Origin: an uncultured Candidatus Actinomarina sp.
Lineage (GTDB): Bacteria; Actinomycetota; Acidimicrobiia; Actinomarinales; Actinomarinaceae
Assembly: GCA_902609285.1 (NCBI GenBank)
Contig: CACLRL010000006.1
Span: 1-61,407, forward strand
Length of the DNA stretch: 61,407 bases
Reading direction: 5' to 3'
The notes beneath the pieces are model-generated. The model was not told the DNA's origin and made no database searches. It saw only the letters and a list, made by a program, of their open reading frames with translations. A program made the position numbers and the translations under genes. Of this stretch, positions 1 to 8,801 are shown piece by piece; position 1 is the first letter of the stretch, and each line of letters opens with the position of its first letter.

Positions 1-2
1 AA

Positions 3-1805
3 GAAGCTCATCAAGCTTTGGCGATTGCAATGAATCGTATTGGTGCAAAATCTGGATCAGGTGAAGGCGGAGAAGATCCTGAAAGATATGGAACAGAAAA
101 AAATTCTAAAATTAAACAAATTGCTTCAGGAAGGTTTGGTGTAACTCCAGACTATTTGGCATCTGCTGAGGAGTTCCAAATTAAAATGGCTCAAGGTTCA
201 AAACCTGGAGAAGGTGGACAGTTACCTGGATTTAAAGTAGATACGCATATTGCAAAATTAAGACATACTGTAGAAGGTATTACATTGATATCACCTCCAC
301 CTCATCATGATATTTATTCTATAGAAGACCTTGCCCAGCTAATTTACGATTTGAAGACATTCAATCCAGATAACCCTGTAAATGTAAAACTTGTTTCTGA
401 ACCAGGTGTTGGTGTGATTGCTGTTGGTGTTGCAAAAGCAGGGGCAGACGTAATTACGATTGCAGGAAGTGATGGAGGCACAGGAGCTAGTCCATGGACA
501 AGTATTAAACATGCTGGATCGCCATGGGAGCTTGGATTAAGTGAAACACATCAAGCACTAGTGGAGAATAATATGAGGGATAAAGTACTTCTAGAAGTTG
601 ATGGAGGATTAAGATCGCCAAAAGATATTATCATCGCCACTCTTTTAGGTGCCGATAGATATGGATTTGGAACTCTTCCACTCTTAGCATTGGGATGTAA
701 AATGGTTCGCCAGTGTCATGAGAACACATGCCCAGTAGGGATAGCTACCCAAGATGAGAACCTAAGAGCAAAATTTGTTGGGGCACCAGAGCAAGTTATG
801 CAATTATTTAAATTTATAGCTGAAGATATTAAATCATACCTGGATATTTTTAATGTTTCTTCTCTTAATGACCTGATTGGCCACGCTGAATTATTAGGTT
901 TGAAAGTAATGGATAACAATCTTCCAAAGAGTCTTCATAAACTTCTTAGAAATGCTGTTTCAGACAAAAAAAATCCAGGCTTTATTAGGCACGATGAAGG
1001 TAGGTTATCTAGACGACTTACTTCTGAGGTCTTGAAAGGACTCAAATCCCAAGAGTCAACTATTATTCAATACCCGATTTCAAATGAAGATAGAAGTATA
1101 GGTGCAAGGATTTCAGGTGAAGTGTCAATGCAAAATCTAGGTAAGGAACTTAAAACCAATCCTACGTACATAAGCTTATCGGGTGCTGCGGGACAAAGTT
1201 TTGGTTCATTTATTAGAGATGGCATAAATCTTAAACTTATTGGAAGCGCAAACGATTATGTTGGAAAAGGAATGGGTGGAGGTAGCATAACCATTATTCC
1301 TCAAGGTACGAAAAATAAAGGTGCGTATCATGCTGCTGGAAATGCTTTACTATATGGAGCCACTGGTGGACAGCTCTATATTTCAGGGAGAGTTGGCCAA
1401 AGGTTTGGCGTAAGAAATAGTGGAGGAATAGCAGTTGTCGAGGGTTGTAGCGCCCATGCTGCAGAATACATGACAGGAGGTACTTTAATTATCCTTGGCA
1501 GTATCGGATTTAACTTTGGTGCTGGCATGACTGGTGGTAAGGTTACTGTTCTCAAAACACAAAAAAACTTTACACAGTACATCTCAAAATCTGCTCCCGA
1601 ATATCGTGACATGAACGATATTGATACGCTTGAGTTGAGGGCATTTTTAAACAAACACATTGAACAAACTGACTCCGAGTTAGCAAAAGATATCTTGAAA
1701 AAAGAAAAAGATTGGTCAAAAATGTTTGCAGTATTTGGTGGAATTGCCAACGTTACTGAACAGGACATAAACAGAGCGCAAGAGACAATAGAAGCACTAG
1801 ATTAA
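3..1805 (+). CDS. gltB: Glutamate synthase large subunit, C-terminal part (5'-truncated by window edge)
   Basis: Frame is open from position 3. Motifs IKQIASGRFGV, IKMAQGSKPGEGGQLPG, ISPPPHHDIYSIEDLAQLIYDLK, [3Fe-4S] motif CKMVRQCHENTCPVG, and C-terminal GXGXG beta-helix repeats. Confidence 0.97.
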   Translation, partial: EAHQALAIAMNRIGAKSGSGEGGEDPERYGTEKNSKIKQIASGRFGVTPDYLASAEEFQIKMAQGSKPGEGGQLPGFKVDTHIAKLRHTVEGITLISPPPHHDIYSIEDLAQLIYDLKTFNPDNPVNVKLVSEPGVGVIAVGVAKAGADVITIAGSDGGTGASPWTSIKHAGSPWELGLSETHQALVENNMRDKVLLEVDGGLRSPKDIIIATLLGADRYGFGTLPLLALGCKMVRQCHENTCPVGIATQDENLRAKFVGAPEQVMQLFKFIAEDIKSYLDIFNVSSLNDLIGHAELLGLKVMDNNLPKSLHKLLRNAVSDKKNPGFIRHDEGRLSRRLTSEVLKGLKSQESTIIQYPISNEDRSIGARISGEVSMQNLGKELKTNPTYISLSGAAGQSFGSFIRDGINLKLIGSANDYVGKGMGGGSITIIPQGTKNKGAYHAAGNALLYGATGGQLYISGRVGQRFGVRNSGGIAVVEGCSAHAAEYMTGGTLIILGSIGFNFGAGMTGGKVTVLKTQKNFTQYISKSAPEYRDMNDIDTLELRAFLNKHIEQTDSELAKDILKKEKDWSKMFAVFGGIANVTEQDINRAQETIEALD

Positions 1806-1847
1806 AATACTATTTCTTTATACCAAATAAAGTTATACCATTAGATA

Positions 1848-2789
1848 ATGAGCTCAAAAACATCGTTTGAAAACACTGTTATTGATTGGTCTTCAACTAT
1901 TGACATGATTGATAATGTCAGAATTGATGAATTAGGCGTAAAAGAACGAACATCTTCATTGGCAACCAGGAGTATTAAAAGAGATTCTAAATTAGAAGGA
2001 CTTAATAAGATCGTTAGCATGTGTGATCTTACAACATTAGAAGGAGAAGATACTGAAGGTAAAATTGCTCAGATGTCATCAAAAGCAATGACACCCGATC
2101 CTAGTGATACTAATGTTCCCAATGCAGCTGCTGTTTGCGTTTATCCCTCTTTAGTTTCAACGGCTAAAAATATAGTCAGAGATTCAAATGTTAAAGTAGC
2201 ATCTGTATCGTCATATTTTCCAAGTGGACAAGCACCATTGGAATCTAAAATTGCTGATACTCAGTTCGCAATTAATGAAGGAGCTGATGAAATTGATATT
2301 GTTATTAATCGAAAAGCTTTTTTCGAAGGTGATTTTAGAAAAGTCTATGATGAAATTGTTTCTTTAAAAGAGATTTGTGGAGATATTGATTTAAAAACGA
2401 TATTAGAAGTTGGGGAACTAGAAACTTATGAAAACATTAAAAAAGCAAGTCTTATTGCACTAAGCGCTGGCTCAGATTTCATAAAAACCTCAACAGGAAA
2501 AATATATAGTGGAGCCTCAAGAGAAGCATGTCTAGTTATGGCAAGAGCAGTTAGAGAATTTGCCGATAGTGGTTATGGAGTGAAGGGTATAAAAGTCGCA
2601 GGAGGTATAAGAGATTCTAAAGATGCGATTCGCTATCTAGTAATTATCAATGAAGAATTGGGAACTGAGTGGTTAACCCCAGAATATTTTAGATTTGGAG
2701 CATCAAGTCTATTAGATGATGTATTGAAACAAATAAAAAAAATAAAAACGAATTCATATCAATCAAGTTATTATTTTCCAAGGGGCTAA
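1848..2789 (+). CDS. deoC: Deoxyribose-phosphate aldolase (long type)
   Basis: DLTTLEGEDT, AAVCVYP, GADEIDIVI, LKTILEVGEL, DFIKTSTGK, GIKVAGGIR, FRFGASSLL. Confidence 0.95.
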   Translation: MSSKTSFENTVIDWSSTIDMIDNVRIDELGVKERTSSLATRSIKRDSKLEGLNKIVSMCDLTTLEGEDTEGKIAQMSSKAMTPDPSDTNVPNAAAVCVYPSLVSTAKNIVRDSNVKVASVSSYFPSGQAPLESKIADTQFAINEGADEIDIVINRKAFFEGDFRKVYDEIVSLKEICGDIDLKTILEVGELETYENIKKASLIALSAGSDFIKTSTGKIYSGASREACLVMARAVREFADSGYGVKGIKVAGGIRDSKDAIRYLVIINEELGTEWLTPEYFRFGASSLLDDVLKQIKKIKTNSYQSSYYFPRG

Positions 2790-2792
2790 ATT

Positions 2793-4232
2793 ATGAATAG
2801 TTGGCAATACTCAGAATCAATCGAATCAGAAAAAATTGTTAATATTGAAAAAAAATATGGAAATTTTATTGACGGAAAATTTGTCACTCCAAAATCAAAA
2901 CAATATATCGATACTATTTCTCCTTCAACTGAGAAAATTTTATCTTCTATTTCAATTGGAAATCAACAAGATGTTGATTACGCAGTAGTATCAGCAAAAG
3001 AAGGGTTGAAAAAGTGGAGTAAAACTGCTCCTTCAGAAAGAGCAAAATATTTATTCAAACTTGCGAGATTGATTCAAGAAAGATCAAGAGAATTTGCTGT
3101 ATTGGAAAGCTTAGATGGAGGTAAGCCGATAAAAGAATCAAGAGACTTTGATCTTCCACAAGTTGCTCAAAACTTCTTCTACTATGCTGGATGGGCTGAC
3201 AAGCTGGATATTGCTTGGGGTAACGAGAAATATAAACCTTATGGAGTTGTAGGACAAATTATCCCATGGAACTTCCCGCTTTTGATGTTGTCATGGAAAG
3301 TAGCTCCAGCTTTAGCAACTGGTAATACAGTTGTTTTAAAGCCAGCTGAGACAACACCTCTTACTGCTTTATTATTTGCTGAATTATGCGAAGAAGTAGG
3401 TCTTCCAGATGGGGTTTTTAATTTAGTAACTGGTGATGGGTCTACAGGATCACATCTTGTAAACCATAAAGATATTAAAAAAATTGCTTTTACTGGCTCT
3501 ACTGGCGTAGGTAAATATATCCAAAAATCTCTGGCTGGTAGAGACGTTGGTTTGACTTTGGAGCTTGGCGGAAAAGCAGCAAATATCGTTTATAGTGATG
3601 CAGCTTTAGATGAAGCAGTCGAGGGAGTTGTTAACGGTATATTTTTTAATCAAGGACATGTTTGTTGTGCAGGAAGTAGATTACTTGTTCAAGAGGATAT
3701 TGAAGAAAAATTTATTAAAAAACTAGAAAAGAGAATGCAGACATTAAATGTTGGCAATCCATTAGATAAAAATACTGATGTAGGTGCTATAAATTCAAAA
3801 GATCAATTAGATAAGATTGAAAAATTGGTAAATGAAGGTATTGCAGATGGTGGAGATTTATACCAAATTGAATGTGAACTTCCTAAAAATGGATTTTGGT
3901 TTAAGCCAAGTTTATTTACAAGCGTTCAGGCAAATTATAAAATCGCAACTGAAGAGATATTTGGACCTGTTCTTACTACTTTAACTTTTAGAACTCCAGA
4001 AGAAGCTGTTGAGATTGCTAACAATACTGAATATGGTCTTTCTGCAGGTATCTGGACCGAAAAAGGTTCAAAAATATTATGGACTGCCGATAGGCTCGAA
4101 GCAGGAGTAATTTGGGCAAATACATTCAATAAATTTGATCCAGCATCACCTTTTGGTGGTTATAAAGAATCAGGCTTTGGTAGGGAAGGAGGAAGGCATG
4201 GTCTTCTTTCATACTTAAAGGTGTCATCATGA
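2793..4232 (+). CDS. Aldehyde dehydrogenase (DeoC-linked, probably acting on acetaldehyde)
   Basis: IIPWNFP, LKPAETTP, FTGST, catalytic LELGGK and GHVCCAGSR, EEIFGP, FGGYKESG. Confidence 0.93.
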   Translation: MNSWQYSESIESEKIVNIEKKYGNFIDGKFVTPKSKQYIDTISPSTEKILSSISIGNQQDVDYAVVSAKEGLKKWSKTAPSERAKYLFKLARLIQERSREFAVLESLDGGKPIKESRDFDLPQVAQNFFYYAGWADKLDIAWGNEKYKPYGVVGQIIPWNFPLLMLSWKVAPALATGNTVVLKPAETTPLTALLFAELCEEVGLPDGVFNLVTGDGSTGSHLVNHKDIKKIAFTGSTGVGKYIQKSLAGRDVGLTLELGGKAANIVYSDAALDEAVEGVVNGIFFNQGHVCCAGSRLLVQEDIEEKFIKKLEKRMQTLNVGNPLDKNTDVGAINSKDQLDKIEKLVNEGIADGGDLYQIECELPKNGFWFKPSLFTSVQANYKIATEEIFGPVLTTLTFRTPEEAVEIANNTEYGLSAGIWTEKGSKILWTADRLEAGVIWANTFNKFDPASPFGGYKESGFGREGGRHGLLSYLKVSS

Positions 4233-5056
4233 CAGACGTAAAAAAAACGTATAAAAATTATGTTCATGGTAAATTCGTTAGATCTGAATCTGGAAAAGTT
4301 TATTCAATTGATTTAAAAGATGAAAAATATGAGATTCCTTTAACTTCAAAAAAAGATTTAAGGGATGCGGTTACATCTTCTAAAGAAGGATTTAAAAATT
4401 GGAACCAATTAACGATGTATAATAGATCTCAAATTCTCTACAGATTATCAGAAATGATTGAGGGAAATAAAGATAGTTATATTTCTTTATTACAAGATCA
4501 TGGATTATCTAAACTTGATTCAAAAAATGATATCAATCATGCAATAGAGACAATCGTTTGGTATGCAGGTTTTGTTGATAAATGGGAGCAATTAACTGGT
4601 AATCTGAACCCTGTAGCTGGTCAATATTTCAACATTTCTCATCAGGAAGCTATTGGTGTTACATTTACGCTAAGTCCAAATTCAATGTCACTAAATGAAT
4701 TAGTAAAATCAATTCTTCCTGCATTGACTGTTGGTTGCTCTGTTATCAATTTTTCAGATAAAAATGCTGTCATTGCATTGAAGTTATCTGAGGAAGTTAA
4801 CAATTCTGACTTTCCATCAGGCAGCATCAATCTTATATCAGGTAAATTTGAAAATATTATTGAAGACGTTGGAGGTCATGTTGAGATTAAACATGCAGCA
4901 ATTTATGAGGATATTTCAAAAAAATCAAAAGAGGTTCTTGGTCAAAAAGGATCGGAATCTATCAAAAGGATTTCTTTACTACCTTCAATGAGTGGGTTAA
5001 GCTCAATTCTCCCTTTTATTGAAACAAAAACAGTTTGGCACCCCAAAGGTAAATAA
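4229..5056 (+). CDS. Truncated ALDH-family protein (NAD-binding-like domain, no catalytic domain)
   Basis: ALDH-like N-terminus (NRSQILYRLSEMIE, WYAGFVDK) and C-terminal ETKTVW. No ELGGK/Cys catalytic segment. ATGA overlap with the upstream ALDH. Confidence 0.85.
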   Translation: MTDVKKTYKNYVHGKFVRSESGKVYSIDLKDEKYEIPLTSKKDLRDAVTSSKEGFKNWNQLTMYNRSQILYRLSEMIEGNKDSYISLLQDHGLSKLDSKNDINHAIETIVWYAGFVDKWEQLTGNLNPVAGQYFNISHQEAIGVTFTLSPNSMSLNELVKSILPALTVGCSVINFSDKNAVIALKLSEEVNNSDFPSGSINLISGKFENIIEDVGGHVEIKHAAIYEDISKKSKEVLGQKGSESIKRISLLPSMSGLSSILPFIETKTVWHPKGK

Positions 5057-5105
5057 ACTGTCTTACCTTCAATGTAAAATTTTATTATTACTCATTAACC
5101 CTGTT

Positions 5106-5134
5106 TAAGCTGTCTTGTTTGACAAGACAGCTTA
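5106..5134. repeat. Perfect 13-bp inverted repeat (hairpin terminator or operator)
   Basis: taagctgtcttgt-ttg-acaagacagctta in the intergenic region after the deoC operon; contains TTGACA at 5119-5124. Confidence 0.75.
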
Positions 5135-5157
5135 TTCATATAACTTGTTATTATTAC

Positions 5158-5583
5158 ATGATGATTGAAGAGGACCTCGAAGATACATTAGAAAATGAAG
5201 GAATGCCGGTACCAAATGTATGGGTTGAGCTTGAAGGTGAGTTTTTAGATTTTGATAAAGATAATGAAACATTGAAATGTAAATTTCCTGTTCGTGAAAG
5301 ATACTTCAATCCTCTACCAACGACGCTTGGAGGAATTATAGATTCTTGGATAGATATTACGATGGGTCCTCTAACTGTTTTACTTGGTCAGAAAGCAGTT
5401 AATAAGAATTTCTCAATAAAATATTTAAAACCTGTTGGACCATCTATAAAATATGTCACTGCAGTCGCATGGAGAGAAAGTATTGATGGTCGAAATAGTC
5501 TATATAAGGGAGAACTTTATTTAGATAATGGCGACCTGGCTGCGGTTGCTGAATCAGAATTTGTAGAAATAAGAAAATCTTAG
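5158..5583 (+). CDS. PaaI-family hotdog thioesterase
   Basis: FNPLPTTLGGIIDSWIDITMG matches the NPxGxxHGG..D PaaI helix; IKYLKPV. Start moved to ATG 5158 (or 5161). Confidence 0.75.
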   Translation: MMIEEDLEDTLENEGMPVPNVWVELEGEFLDFDKDNETLKCKFPVRERYFNPLPTTLGGIIDSWIDITMGPLTVLLGQKAVNKNFSIKYLKPVGPSIKYVTAVAWRESIDGRNSLYKGELYLDNGDLAAVAESEFVEIRKS

Positions 5584-6428
5584 GTTCTCGAATACATAAA
5601 AGCAGAAGATAATATAACGCCCATTCCTACAAACTGAATTGAATTAGTTATCTCATTTAAAAACTGATAACCAAAGAAAATAGAAAATATTGGAATCATA
5701 TAGACAATAAATGAGCTAGATATTCTCCCAACACTTTCTAACAATTTATAATATGTCAAAAATGCGATCCCAGTACCACCAATTCCCAATATGAGCATTG
5801 GGATCAATGAAACTTCAACAGTTGGTATTTTAAAGGATGCAGTCGTCCCAAGCATTATTAGTGAGAGAAGGAGTGCATATCTTATTACAATTTTTATAAC
5901 AATTAATGAATCATATTTTTTTATCAATGGCTCAACCATATTTACTGCAATTCCATATGATATTGAGGCAATCAATGCGTAAAGAAAACCAATCTCAAAC
6001 GATATATCATTGATTCCTTCACTTAAAGAAATAAGCCCCACCCCAATAAAACCTGTGACTATATAGAAAATCTGAATCTTTGTTACTTTCAATTTGTAAA
6101 ATACAACAGCAATAAAAGCAACAAAAATTGGAGTCGAACCATTGATCAATCCTGCTAATGAAGATGTTATGGTTTGTTCAGCAATGCCGAACATATAAAA
6201 AGGAAGTGCCATCCAAAAAAATGAAATTATAAATATTTTTACATGGTCTTCTTTTACAATATTTTCTTTGGCCCTAACAAATATATTTATGAATAAAGCT
6301 CCAATTAAAATTCTGTAGATAGCTATATCTGATGGATTAAGTTCTTCTAGTGAATACTTAATCATTAAAAATGAGGATCCCCAAATTGAAGATGTTACGA
6401 TAGCTAATAAAAAATTTTTAAAATTCAC
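5580..6428 (-). CDS. EamA/DMT-family transporter
   Basis: IWGSSFLMIK N-terminal EamA motif, about 10 hydrophobic segments, duplicated domain. Confidence 0.9.
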   Translation of the reverse strand: MNFKNFLLAIVTSSIWGSSFLMIKYSLEELNPSDIAIYRILIGALFINIFVRAKENIVKEDHVKIFIISFFWMALPFYMFGIAEQTITSSLAGLINGSTPIFVAFIAVVFYKLKVTKIQIFYIVTGFIGVGLISLSEGINDISFEIGFLYALIASISYGIAVNMVEPLIKKYDSLIVIKIVIRYALLLSLIMLGTTASFKIPTVEVSLIPMLILGIGGTGIAFLTYYKLLESVGRISSSFIVYMIPIFSIFFGYQFLNEITNSIQFVGMGVILSSAFMYSRT

Positions 6429-6462
6429 AAGCTTCGAAGCTTAACATAGATTCCTTATTAGT

Positions 6463-6530
6463 TTGGAGCCACCCCCAACAGGGTAGTTGAATAGTGTCAG
6501 TGGTTCAGACTTACACAAAAGCGGCTCCAA
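6463..6530 (-). ncRNA. Candidate structured ncRNA or cis-regulatory RNA (family unassigned)
   Basis: GC-rich closing stem UUGGAGCCGC/GUGGCUCCAA that extends through G-U pairs only on the minus strand, internal hairpin GUGUAAGU-CUGAACC-ACUGACAC, and a TAAACT -10-like box at 6540-6535. Confidence 0.55.
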
Positions 6531-6553
6531 TGTAAGTTTAGATGATAGATATT

Positions 6554-7219
6554 TTAGATTATTTGATCAGTGACAATTTCTATATTATTTGAAAACTTTT
6601 TTAGAGAGTTAATTGGTAAATTATTATCAGCATTCACAGATTTAAGAATATCGTTCTTGTTTTTTCCAGTAGCCAAAATAAAAATTTTATCTATTTTTCC
6701 AAGCAATTTAAACGTCGCAGTCACTCTCCATTTTGTTTTTATGTTTACTTCATTAGCGACATATAGGGATTCTTTCTCCATTGTTGCTTCTGAATTTGGG
6801 AACAAGGAAGCAATGTGACCATCTTGACCTAATCCAAGAATCGCAACATTGTAATTCTTGATTTTGTCTTTAATTTTTTTTTCATAAATTTCTGCATCCA
6901 ATTGTGGGCTATCACCGCTGAAGTCAAACTTTAAAACTTCTGCCTGCGTTGGTTCAAAGTAGGAATTTATTAAATTCTGGTTTGATAAATCATCTTTAGC
7001 TTCTACCCACCTGTCATCGACTGTCCAAATAATTGTTTGGGATAAGTTATTAAAAGTTTCTGACATTATTGAATATGCAAATCGTGGTGTTTCACCGCCA
7101 GATAATCCAAGAGAAAATGCTCCATCTGAATTTTCAATTAAATCTTTAATGTGATTTACAACATAGATTGAAGCACTTTCATGATTATTTTCTGAATGAA
7201 TATTTATATCTCGAGCCAT
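6554..7219 (-). CDS. pgl: 6-phosphogluconolactonase
   Basis: LGLSGGETP, VDDRWV, LGLGQDGHIASLFP, RVTAT. Start moved to ATG 7219. Confidence 0.88.
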   Translation of the reverse strand: MARDINIHSENNHESASIYVVNHIKDLIENSDGAFSLGLSGGETPRFAYSIMSETFNNLSQTIIWTVDDRWVEAKDDLSNQNLINSYFEPTQAEVLKFDFSGDSPQLDAEIYEKKIKDKIKNYNVAILGLGQDGHIASLFPNSEATMEKESLYVANEVNIKTKWRVTATFKLLGKIDKIFILATGKNKNDILKSVNADNNLPINSLKKFSNNIEIVTDQII

Positions 7220-7256
7220 AAAAAAATTGTTACACTTCAAACTTCAAGTAATATCA

Positions 7257-8525
7257 ATGATAGTGGAAAAACAAATATCAATAGAAGGTAACCATAAATT
7301 AAGTGGTGAAATAACAGTAAAAGGTGCCAAAAATGCTGTTTTAAAAGAAATGATTCTACCAATTCTTTGCGAGGGTGATTATGTCCTTAGTAATGTTCCT
7401 TTGATTGCTGATGTATCTTACATGCAGGAAGTTTTAAATGTACTTGGTATTGAATCAAAATTTTTAGATAATAATTTAGCAATTTCTTCCCCATCACAAA
7501 TTGGAATAGAAGCTCCATATGAAATAGTTCAAAAAATGAGGGCTTCAATAATTATCCTTGGCCCACTATTAGCTAGGCAAGGGGAGGCAAGAATTGCTTT
7601 TCCGGGAGGAGATCAACTAGGACCTAGACCCGTCCAAATGCATTTGGATGCTTTAGAAAAAATGGGAGCAAGGTTTGAATTAAATCATGGCGTTTTAATT
7701 GGAACTTCAGATGGGCTTAAAGGAGTTGAGGTAAATCTTCCATACGCTTCCGTGGGAGCTACGGAAAACACCTTGTTGGCTGCAGTACTAGCAGAAGGAA
7801 AGACAGTAATTGAAAATGCAGCTAGGGAACCAGAGATTGTTGATATTGTAAATATGTTGACAAAAATGGGTGCAAATATTTCTGGTGCAGGCACAAGTGA
7901 AATAATAATTGAAGGCGTTGAGAGATTAAAACCAACAAACCATGAAGTCATAGGTGACAGAGTAGCGGCAGGCACATTTCTCGCAGCAATTTTTTCTACT
8001 AGGGGCTCTGGAAAAGTAATAGGTATAAATCCCGAACATTTACCGATGGAGTTAAAAAAGCTAAAAGAGATGGGAGCAATTATAGATCTTAAAGAAAATT
8101 CTATTTCAGTTGAATATGATGACGGCATAAATTCTATCGAACTTGCAACTTTGCCATTTCCTGGTGTAGCTACAGATCTTCAACCTATTTTTGGTTCTGC
8201 TTTACTTCAAGCTGAGGGTACATCAATATTAACCGAAAATGTTTATGATCAAAGATTTCAATGGATACCAGAAGTTCAGAGAATGGGTGCGAATATTCAA
8301 ACTGGATGGCAACATGCAATGATAAAGGGAGTAAGGAATCTCTCTGGAGCTCCAGTGCAAGCTACTGACATTAGAACAGGAGCAAGCCTAATTATTGCTG
8401 CTTTACAAGCAGATGGAATATCTTCTATAAGTGGAGTAGATCATGTAAATAGGGGTTATGAGAATATCGTTGATTCTTTGAGTTTATTAGGATCAACAAT
8501 CGAATATACTAATAATTATGAGTGA
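7257..8525 (+). CDS. murA: UDP-N-acetylglucosamine 1-carboxyvinyltransferase
   Basis: GAKNA, MRASI, PGGDQLGPRP, SVGATEN, AAREPEI, PFPGVATDLQ, TDIRTGA, RGYE. Confidence 0.96.
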   Translation: MIVEKQISIEGNHKLSGEITVKGAKNAVLKEMILPILCEGDYVLSNVPLIADVSYMQEVLNVLGIESKFLDNNLAISSPSQIGIEAPYEIVQKMRASIIILGPLLARQGEARIAFPGGDQLGPRPVQMHLDALEKMGARFELNHGVLIGTSDGLKGVEVNLPYASVGATENTLLAAVLAEGKTVIENAAREPEIVDIVNMLTKMGANISGAGTSEIIIEGVERLKPTNHEVIGDRVAAGTFLAAIFSTRGSGKVIGINPEHLPMELKKLKEMGAIIDLKENSISVEYDDGINSIELATLPFPGVATDLQPIFGSALLQAEGTSILTENVYDQRFQWIPEVQRMGANIQTGWQHAMIKGVRNLSGAPVQATDIRTGASLIIAALQADGISSISGVDHVNRGYENIVDSLSLLGSTIEYTNNYE

Positions 8526-8796
8526 TCAAGGTATCAATTTTCCATCATTTAAAGAAAGACCTGAAAAGGTTGATATTGACATGGATATTTTGAATGACAC
8601 TATCGAATATATAAGACCAGCAGTTCAAGCAGATGGTGGTGATATTAAATTATCTTCAGTTGAAGATGGTGTTGTCAATATTGAAATGTTGGGTGCTTGT
8701 CAGGGATGCCCTTTATCAATTGCAACATTAAAAAGTGGTATCGAAAGAATTTTAATGGATAAAGTGCCTGGTGTTGAACAGGTAATAGCTACTTAA
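8518..8796 (+). CDS. NifU-like (Nfu C-terminal) Fe-S carrier
   Basis: IRPAVQADGGD...GACQGCP...TLKSGIE. Confidence 0.9.
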   Translation: MSDQGINFPSFKERPEKVDIDMDILNDTIEYIRPAVQADGGDIKLSSVEDGVVNIEMLGACQGCPLSIATLKSGIERILMDKVPGVEQVIAT

Positions 8797-8801
8797 ATTT
8801 T

